Shown piece by piece: positions 23,678 through 32,000 of a stretch of DNA of 32,000 bases. Both the position numbers and the translations under genes were made by a program. The DNA is from Zygophlyctis sp. KS116 (taxonomy: Eukaryota; Fungi; Chytridiomycota), in assembly GCA_054661495.1 (NCBI GenBank), contig BAAFSQ010000010.1, positions 55,125 through 87,124 of the forward strand, read 5' to 3'. Every line of letters starts with the position of its first letter. Positions within the stretch are counted from its first letter, which is position 1. The notes under the pieces were generated by a model. That model was not told where the DNA came from, ran no database searches, and worked only from the letters and a program-made list of their open reading frames with translations.

Positions 23678-25971
23678 TTAAACTGAACTTTTTTCAAGAA
23701 TAGGCACTGGTCCTGATTTCCATATATCATTCTCCTTGATGTCAAATATTACTTCAGGTTCAGAGCTGATTGGGATTTTCGCATTCATCTCCAGCTGTCG
23801 TTGATATCGTGCCTCGTAAACTTCTAACTGCGCCGACATTGCGTGAATTCCAGTTGGATAGGTTGGATCAGATAACTTTTGAGTTGCCAAGAAAATCGAA
23901 CTTAAATTTGATCGATGCATTGCAATAGTATTTTTCAATTCTTGATTATCGAATACCAGAGAGTCCAGCTCGATTTTAAAACTTTGTTCAAGTGCCTGTA
24001 AGGAACTTTGTAAGTTTTTGAGTTTGGATGATTGATTTTCGATTTCTCTCGATATCTTTGACTTTTCTTCATCGAGTTTGATATATTCAGATCTGGTTGT
24101 GGATATTTGAGTACGAAATTTTGGTAATGATTCTTTTGACTCTATTATTATTAATATACAAAACTCTACCTTTGATAATATCTTCATAAAGGCCACATTT
24201 AGATTTATACCTTTCATTCTGCCCTTCGGCTTTACTATTCAGCTTATTGATGCCATCAAGACTTTTGCGAAGAGAAGTGTATTCTTTGATTGTTTCTGAT
24301 TTGACTTTAGATATTTTATTCTCTACTGTCTTCAAGGATTCTTTTTCACGTCGAATCATTCTTGATAGATGCTCACTTAGTTCTATTTCAGAAAACTTTC
24401 CGGATTTTAATGATTCTGGAATTTCAATATTATCAAATGATAATTCTACCGACTTCTTTGAAGTGAATTCCAATCCCTCGTCAAAACTGAATGAAATGTC
24501 CCTGTTCAGGTCCATGAATGAAAGAGAAGATGCAGGCCTAGAATTTGCCTGCAATGATTTGGAGCATAATTCGGCATTTACATATTTCAAATGATCCCAT
24601 TTATCTATAAAATTTATACTATTTCTTATACCTCCAGATAAAGTAGTGGTACGAATTCGACAAGACACAGATTTGAATCCCTCGATCGAAACTAAAACTT
24701 TATAGCTCTTTCCCTCTTCTAAATCTGAAATAAGTAGAGTGCCCTGATTGGCATTTAATTTGAATTTTTCCCATTTTTGATTATTGATCATAATTTCAAT
24801 ATCTCGCAGTAAAACATAATGGGCTGGGAAATCATCCAAAAGTGCTGTTATGTTATAAGATCCTTTAGGCTGAGATTGATATATTTTTCTATAATCCCTT
24901 TCGGTGCATAGTGATGCAGCTAGCGATCTAGGTATAGTGAAAGAAAATAGCACTTGATCATGCAATAGTTTTATAATATTAAGTTCAAACCTATCTTCAT
25001 GATTCCACTGATTAGAATAAAATGTCTCAGAATCCCATCCATTCCATGACCAAGTCCTTTCTAGTTTACCTTCCACGTCATATCCTGGAACACCCGATGC
25101 CTCATTTTCTGCTTTTTTTTCTAATGCAAGTGAGTTTGCCCGCACCCAAATCATCATAAAACTATAAACAAGAGTATAAGAGCATATCAAACTCTCAAAA
25201 AGGGTTCCTGGACTAGTTTTGAAGAGTCTATCATTAGATCGAGAAAAAATTACATGTCTGAAATTATAAAAGTAACCCAAAAAACTTGAGCATTAGGATC
25301 ATCACCCCTAAAATCTTGTACAGTAATCTGATAAATTATAATACTAGTCAATATTGTAATAAAATCAATGTCCCCTAAAAAGGTACCAAAAGATCGCAAT
25401 TGAACATCAGATAATTTCAAAGTTATCGCTATAATCATCACCAAAGAATTTGAAAAAATCGCTTTTGAATGATAAAAAACTCTAAAAAATGATCCAAAGG
25501 AGAGACCTGTAAAAATCAACCATTCCAATCTAGGCAACGGGACTAGCCTATTCCAAAGTACAGAAAGAGTGTATAAAATAACAATATCCGCATAGAATAT
25601 GGAGCTTATATTAGAATAAGCAATGTCCAAAATTTGAAATCTTTTGCTCAGGTCTGTGATTTTGTCTTTTACTTGCTTCACGTACGGCCTCATTGGCGGT
25701 TGGTTGCGTTCGGAGTCCAATAAAGGACTCAATTCCTGAGACTCCTATTGCATCACAAGCCATATATTACCTGAGCATCATATGCTTCTGCGGCATCATT
25801 CAATGTATCTTTTGCTTCGCTAAGAAACTCACGCAACTTGTCCAGTTTATCATTCACTGATATTCCACCAACTGCTCCTACAGAAGCAAATTCATTTAAT
25901 GCTTTTTCTGTGGACTCTACTTTAGATAATACTTCCTTTAGTTTCGAGATATCGGACTTCAAATCGGACAT
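23678..25971 (-). CDS. Uncharacterised membrane protein with TM segments, FN3-like region and C-terminal coiled coil (possibly AcrB-like)
   Basis: Four ORF pieces join in frame through introns 25745-25770, 25228-25253 and 24142-24169 (plus probable in-frame 24605-24631). LISDLEEGKSYKVLV resembles an FN3 strand. Family assignment is weak. Confidence 0.65.
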
Positions 25972-25990
25972 AACTTTTTTCAGGGGATTT

Positions 25991-26564
25991 TTATTGATAA
26001 AACGATTGAATCTTGTCCCAAGTACGTTCTATAGTTTAAAATTAGTGATACATATACCAAAATGAGTTGCACATTCGTATCCATTTGGATTATTTGTCAA
26101 ATAATCCTGATGATAATCCTCTGCTTTATAAAATATACCAACCGGCTCAATTGTTGTACTGATCTTAACCTTGCCAAAATATTTCTGAGCAGTTTGAGTT
26201 ACTGATTCTGCAATTTTCTTTTGTTCATCATCATGATAGAATATAGTTGAGCGATATTGACTTCCAACATCATTACCTTGTCTGTTCAATGTATGAGGCT
26301 CATGCATTCTATAAAAAAAGTCTACTAAATCAGCAAAAGATAATTTTGATGAATCATAGACAATTTGGACGGCTTCTGCATGACCAGTAGTTCCAGAGCA
26401 AACCTGCTTATAACTTGGATTTTGAGTGTGCCCACCGGCATAACCAACAATTATCTAACTTTAGTCAGTAAAGATACCGAATGAATAAATGGTCCATACT
26501 TGCGTCGAAATGCCTTTTCAACTCCCCAAAAACAACCAGCGCCAAATGTTGCAGTATTCGTCAT
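25991..26564 (-). CDS. MXR1: Peptide methionine sulfoxide reductase MsrA
   Basis: ATFGAGCFWGVE, VGYAGG..PSYKQVCSGTTGHAEAV, RQGNDVGSQYRS, AEDYHQDYL. Introns 26455-26477 (23 nt) and 26029-26057. Confidence 0.93.
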
Positions 26565-26767
26565 TCCTTATATTTTAGATTTAGATCGCGAGACCGGGCG
26601 GATAACCATAACCGATTATACCCTGCATGATCACTTAAAATAATGCATTACTAATCATATGAACATGCATTCGTAATGTGTCAAGTAGAATCAGTGGACA
26701 GAATCGCTGCTGGTTACGGCTAGGAACTGGTAAAATATTTGCAATGTTTCTTAACATCAAGCTATCA

Positions 26768-27988
26768 ATGCTAGTCTTTAATAGGAATAGTCTGAAATAT
26801 GTTCATTATCCATCTTTTGTAAAGCCATCGCTGGCGCCGAATATAGAGACGGATCTTCCATTACATTCATCCCATACAAAATCACAACAGCTTATCAGTA
26901 AAACTCCGACAACTTATCAGGAATTCAAAAAGTCTTTAAAGTATAATGATATTAATAATGCATGGGAAATCTACAATCATTTGGTACCAAGCCCAAGTTT
27001 CAAAAAAGTTGAATTATTACTTCACCCTGAAGAACACTCTACAATGCTTCATCAATTAGTTTTACATGTTCATACAAGGATCGCAGCTTACAGAGCCTTT
27101 AGAGTATATACTAGAATGAAAGAGTATAATATATCTATTGATCGCAGGGATTATCATGCTCTGCTTTTAGTAACTGTTCGCAATAATGATGTAGAAAGGG
27201 CATCAAAAATATTTGAACAAGTTGTTTCAAATTATTCTTTAGATTCTCGATCTGCTTCTCTCATGTTAAGTTTATATGGAAATCAAAAAGATTCTATTAA
27301 AATTTATGAAATTTGGGATATGATCAAGAGTATTCCAGGTGCATTGGATAATCCAGATGTTTGGGCAATTGGAATAGATGCTTTTGGAAAAGCTGGATAT
27401 TTTGATACTTCTCTAGAGTTATTTAATCAATACAAGGATCATGTAAATAATCTTAAACCTAAAGGAACTGGAACTTTTAATTTTAAATTGGATAGAAAGC
27501 CTTTTGAAGCAATGATTAGAGCTTATGGTCTTAGGGGGTATTTAGATTCTGCAAAAGAATTGTTTTTAGAGTTGGAAAATGGTAAAAATATGCTTGATTT
27601 GGAATCTTTTGATGCCATTATTCATGCATGTAAATCATGTCATAATTTTGAAGAAGGAAAGGCTTATTGGAATAAGCTTTTAAATTTCATACATAGACGT
27701 GCAAATAAATCTCTTATAGTTTGGAGGCCTATACCACTACAGTCAACAATCTGCACAATGATGTCTTTTTACGCAGAAAAGAAAAATTCAGATACAGTTT
27801 TGGAATTATATCAGAAATATAGGCAATATATGCCGGAATCTTTGGAATTGTTGGAAATTATCACATGGACACTTTTGCACGTTGGAAAGCATTCTGAAGC
27901 TATAGAGGTATATGATCGTCTCAGACTAAAGCACTACATTCCCAGCGATATATTATCTAGTACCATTGAGCATTTTAGAATAAAATAG
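26768..27988 (+). CDS. Pentatricopeptide repeat (PPR) protein, probably mitochondrial
   Basis: Helical repeats of about 35 aa (DYHALL, VWAIGIDAFGKAG, PFEAMIRAYGLRG, SFDAIIHAC). Start codon uncertain. Confidence 0.8.
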   Translation: MLVFNRNSLKYVHYPSFVKPSLAPNIETDLPLHSSHTKSQQLISKTPTTYQEFKKSLKYNDINNAWEIYNHLVPSPSFKKVELLLHPEEHSTMLHQLVLHVHTRIAAYRAFRVYTRMKEYNISIDRRDYHALLLVTVRNNDVERASKIFEQVVSNYSLDSRSASLMLSLYGNQKDSIKIYEIWDMIKSIPGALDNPDVWAIGIDAFGKAGYFDTSLELFNQYKDHVNNLKPKGTGTFNFKLDRKPFEAMIRAYGLRGYLDSAKELFLELENGKNMLDLESFDAIIHACKSCHNFEEGKAYWNKLLNFIHRRANKSLIVWRPIPLQSTICTMMSFYAEKKNSDTVLELYQKYRQYMPESLELLEIITWTLLHVGKHSEAIEVYDRLRLKHYIPSDILSSTIEHFRIK

Positions 27989-28045
27989 ATGTTATTACTT
28001 TCTGATAAGTTTTGATTTACGGCAGCAAAGGGTTTGGCGCATTTG

Positions 28046-29015
28046 ATGACAGAACCATCACCAGTAGTATTGCCAGTTGTTTCTAATGAGCTCGCAGACT
28101 CTCAGCCCCAACGCCGTAATAATAATCCTTTGGGCTGGTATAATTTGGGTTATTTTAGTGACCTGCTTTATTTGATTTTGGTTATGGCGCTAGGCTTTTG
28201 GTTTGATCAGATGGAACCTTTTCAGAGGCCAATAGATGATTTAGTGTTGAACGATTCGGACTTGAAACATCCACATCTTCAAAATATAGTGACGAGCAGA
28301 ATGCTATGGATCTATGCCGTTGCTGTTCCGTCTTGTATCGGTCTGGTGTTTTTCGTAGCTTCTTGGGCTCTGGGTCGTTTGAAGACGTACGATGCAGCAT
28401 TCTCTCTCCACCTGTTTATTCTTTCTCTTTTTTTGTCCCTTGCAATCACTGGATTTGTTACAAACGTATTAAAGTAATATTATTGAATTTAACAATTCAT
28501 AGGATTTGGGGAGGAAGATTTAGACCAGATTTCTTGGACCGATGCCAATATAATTCAGTTACCAAGGCATGTACCGGTGATGCAGATTTAGGTAATAGTT
28601 TGTTTAAATCTAAATTTTAGTAATGGATGGTCGTAGATCTTGGCCATCTGGTCACTCAAGTCTATGTTTTTCTGGACTTGGATTTTTGGGAATGTGGCTT
28701 TATGGATTAGTATTGGACGGATCATATATTATCAATGATCAACTCAAAGTAAATAGAAAATGGGGCTATCTCCAAAGCAGACCTGGGAGAGCCTGGAGAT
28801 TTATATTACCTTTTGCACCATGGCTTTGGGCTGCATATGTTGCAATATCTCGTACTCAGCAGTACATTCATCATCCAACAGATGTACTATCAGGTGCTTG
28901 TCTTTTACTGATTATGATAGGGGCTATAATTGGATTTGTTATTGCGGCTGTAATTTACTTTGGATACTTTAAACGTCACGAATTGAAGTCCTTTAATATA
29001 TATGAGGCAATATAA
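28046..29015 (+). CDS. PAP2-family lipid phosphate phosphatase (Dpp1/Lpp1-like)
   Basis: K..GRFRPDFLDRC, SWPSGHSS, SRTQQYIHHPTDVLSG. Introns 28474-28502, 28592-28620, 28894-28920. Confidence 0.9.
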
Positions 29016-29040
29016 GGAATGTTCTTCTTAATATATCAAG

Positions 29041-30935
29041 TTATTTATTTGAGGAAAAATCAACGGCGAATAAAGGCGAAAGCTCGTTTTCTGCATCGCA
29101 TAGACGAGAAACTTCCCTGGCAGTTTCTATAGGAACCCTGTAAAGTTTAATTATTGGAAATCTTACCAAACTCCTTGAAGTCGCCCCTGCTTTGACCCCT
29201 TGACAATTTCAAATGGCTGCGGTACTTCTGACTCTATCCTGTTTATTAAAGACTTGTCTTTGGTAGAAGCATTAAGAATAGTTGAAGCATTGACCCAACC
29301 ATCAGAGCACCTTCTTAGAACTAAACCAGTTTTATAATCCATCTCATAGACATTAGTGGTTCTATAAAGAGCCTTTCTTATTTTGGCTTCATACGGTTGC
29401 GCCATGTTCTTTTCAAGTTTTCGAGCCTTTTTACGGGATCTGTAGCTCTTGGATTCTGGAAAATCTGACTGTAAATCATACGGATCGCTATTATCTAAAT
29501 TAGAGCCACTAAAAGACCGCAGTCGTTGAGATGTCTCGTCCTGTTCTATTTCAGAATTTAATATTTCTACCTCCACTTCCTCTTCATCATCAGTCCAAGG
29601 CAATTCATTATTTGAATAATTTTTGGGCTTTGAAATGTTTTCCAGTTCAATTTGACACTTCTTTAAATCAGACATATATTTTTTGATTAAGGAGCATCCT
29701 TTATACAGAATGTCCCTTTTTTCCTTGATACCAGAAATTATCTGATTTAAAGCCCCGTCAGCGTGTTCGGATGCACTTTCCTTGATCTTTTTTAACCCAT
29801 TTAAATCATCTAAATGATGACTATTGACAGTGGAAAATATTTGTTCAAGTTTACCAACATCACCTCTTACAGAATGGGAAACGCCGTTTATATCATTTGT
29901 TGAAGTTGCAGAGGCAGCAATTGCCTTTTGAGTTCGAGGTAAATCCACGACTTCACTTGTCAAATTTACAGTATTAACACCAGAAGATGAGCTTTCATCC
30001 CGATTAATGTTCATCGTATCTGCAGATCTTTTCTGGGTTGCAACATTTTCATGGATTCCGCGTTTTGGAGTAGAATCTTTTGAGAGGGATTGAGGCAGCT
30101 TCCTAGGAGATACTCTTGTAGCTCTATTATCTTCTTGTGGTACTGTAGATATCGATTCAACAGTTGAAGACTTTACAGATGATGTACTCTCCAATCCTTC
30201 ACGTTTTCCATTCATGATATCCCTTACTGTCTTTACAGGAAATTTTTGATTAACATAATCTCCAGTAATCATTAAAAAACTCTTAATTTTTTCCAGAAAT
30301 TCAGAAACTGGAAATACTTGACACAAATTATCAATTGATCCAAACTGTTGTGAAATCTAATAATTTAGAAAATAAAATTACTTCTTTTCTCCTTTTTTTG
30401 CATTTTGCAATCCATTTATTATTTACAATTTGAGCCTTTGAATTATCAGTAATGTAAACCTGAAGATTTTGAACAAAATGCTGCAAAAGTTTATCAAATT
30501 GGTACGTTGAAATCATCATATTTCGGATAAATAACATTGTCTTGAAATCCACTAATAATGATAAAAATTCATCTGAATATTCCAGTTCTGGAGGATAATC
30601 AATGAATTTGAAAACCCTATAAGCATCATTGAGAACGTTGATAGAGTTTTCCAACAACTTTTCATCAAGAATATTAAACAAATAGACCAAATGAAATCGT
30701 TTAAGCATTGGAGAAGGGATGCTCTCTGGGAATTCTAATGCATTCCAATAATATCGGTTGCCTTGGCATTAATCGTATGGTTGCCAGAATTACCAAATAA
30801 TTTAGCCTTTTGGGCATTTGGAATATTATTTCCGGTTTTGAAAGCATCTATCAGCATTGATGCCATGGCGTCTAATTGAAACAATGTATTCATCGGAATG
30901 GGAGTTGGCGCTCCTTGATTGGGAATTTGATTCAT
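29041..30935 (-). CDS. Protein with C-terminal KilA-N/APSES DNA-binding domain
   Basis: VYEM..VLRRCSDGWVNASTILNA..EIVKG..LQGVWVPIETAREVS..LSPLF. Introns 30762-30793, 30357-30381, 29138-29166; tentative in-frame introns 30658-30687 and 30436-30459. Confidence 0.8.
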
Positions 30936-30963
30936 CGGTCAGTTGGTCGGTCGGTCGGTCGGT
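30935..30963. repeat. (TCGG)n microsatellite in a divergent spacer
   Basis: TCGGTCAGTTGGTCGGTCGGTCGGTCGGT. Confidence 0.8.
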
Positions 30964-31020
30964 AGAATTTTAGTGGACGCGCCATGACCTAGGCACTTTT
31001 TTTTTCTTTTGCAAATCGAA

Positions 31021-31827
31021 ATGATCGGTTTAATTATTTCTCTATGTAGTTGCGCCATGGCTTCCCCTCTACTTTCTAATGCCACTAAAGATGAGATTTT
31101 TGAAAATATGGAGATATTTGTTGGAGGATCAATGACGGCAGTAGCGAGCGAATACATCAATAAATGGCTGGTTGCAATGTCATCTCCTGGTATGAGCGAT
31201 ACACTGATTAGAGCACTTACTGGTGGATTATCATCGCTAGTGTTTGTGTTAATGATACATTTAATGCACATGATATTTGCTGAAGCAGATCATAATTCTG
31301 GAGATAAGGAAGTGATCAGCTCAAATTCTGCTTCTTCGGTAACTGGAGCTAGACCACAGCCTCAAGGTTCTTGCTGTCCTGGCTGCTCTGTGTCTTATTG
31401 TAATGCAATCAATCAACAAAAAAAGAGGAAGGCTCTGAAAAAAGTAAAGGCTGTAGATGAAAGAGAGTTTTCAATGTTTCCATTTGATGAAGCCAATTTA
31501 AATTCCAAAGGCATTTCTGCAAAAACTGGGAAAATTTCAGGTTGTGATCCTACTTTTATGTATTGTGGATTTATAGAAGAATCCTCAACGCCCAATCTGA
31601 TGAATCTACAAACTTTACCACTGAAAAAATCAAAGAATCGTTTTGGAAGTCGTCACAATTTTAAAAATAGAAAAGGGAAAGGATCAGATTTGAAAGTTGT
31701 TGAAGCTGAAATATTAGCAGCCGAACAACCAATTGTTCAAGCTGATATCTCTAGCAAAGCATCTACTGTTGGGGGGAAATCCAGATCAGTAGCTGTTTCT
31801 GAATCTATAGAAGCAATTATCAAATAA
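31021..31827 (+). CDS. Hypothetical intronless protein with signal-peptide-like N-terminus, a TM segment and Cys clusters
   Basis: About 268 aa ORF with MIGLIISLCSCAMAS, hydrophobic LSSLVFVLMIHLMHMIF and SCCPGCSVSYC. No family recognised. Confidence 0.6.
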   Translation: MIGLIISLCSCAMASPLLSNATKDEIFENMEIFVGGSMTAVASEYINKWLVAMSSPGMSDTLIRALTGGLSSLVFVLMIHLMHMIFAEADHNSGDKEVISSNSASSVTGARPQPQGSCCPGCSVSYCNAINQQKKRKALKKVKAVDEREFSMFPFDEANLNSKGISAKTGKISGCDPTFMYCGFIEESSTPNLMNLQTLPLKKSKNRFGSRHNFKNRKGKGSDLKVVEAEILAAEQPIVQADISSKASTVGGKSRSVAVSESIEAIIK

Positions 31828-31923
31828 ATATAATAAAATTATGAGTAAAGATTTTCAAACTTTCTAAATTACAAATTTGATGGGAGTCCCTGCTGGTATC
31901 ATTTGTCATGGAGGAGCTGCTAC

Positions 31924-32000
31924 TAATATCGGTTGCCTTGGCATTAATCGTATGGTTGCCAGAATTACCAAATAATTTAGCCTTTTGGGCATTTGGAATA
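31924..32000. repeat. Exact direct repeat of 30749-30825 (part of the 5' region of the KilA-N gene, including its first intron), running off the window
   Basis: 77 of 77 nt identical at an offset of 1175 nt. Confidence 0.95.

Noticed and set aside
25991-26564. Selenoprotein MsrA or stop-codon recoding
   Set aside because: The active site is TGT Cys (GCFW), and apparent internal stops in the reconstructed genes are explained by tiny introns under the standard code.
26590-26767. uORF or ncRNA between MsrA and the PPR gene
   Set aside because: Only short ORFs and a possible UTR intron (26730-26761); no recognisable RNA family motif.
1181-30935. Fragmented ORFs read as pseudogenes or programmed frameshifts
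   Set aside because: Each break coincides with an AT-rich GT..AG segment whose removal restores the frame and conserved motifs.
1105-31595. Many 60-115 aa antisense or alternate-frame ORFs in the ORF track
   Set aside because: They are shadows of well-supported genes and show no independent motifs.

Overview
AT-rich, very compact eukaryotic DNA. The gene set (radial-spoke protein IQUB, a CNBD2-like protein, MCM9, an undivided Mad3/Bub1, fungal Atg22 and Rvs167, a KilA-N/APSES protein) suggests a flagellated early-diverging fungus, probably a chytrid; this is inference. I reconstructed 18 protein genes and 2 tRNA genes by hand. The most unusual thing is the gene architecture. About 50 GT-AG introns are only 23-32 nt, about a third end in AAG, and many lack a polypyrimidine tract. 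Several same-strand genes are only 5-19 nt apart, and divergent genes share 50-200 nt spacers, one with four E2F/SCB-like boxes at 11-nt spacing. Other points: an Argonaute with a D-to-N change in the catalytic tetrad, a TPR plus BaeB-like metallo-beta-lactamase fusion, inverted tRNA-Pro fragments flanking an intact tRNA-Pro, and an exact duplication at the right edge. Exon boundaries come from reading frame and motif continuity, not transcripts.
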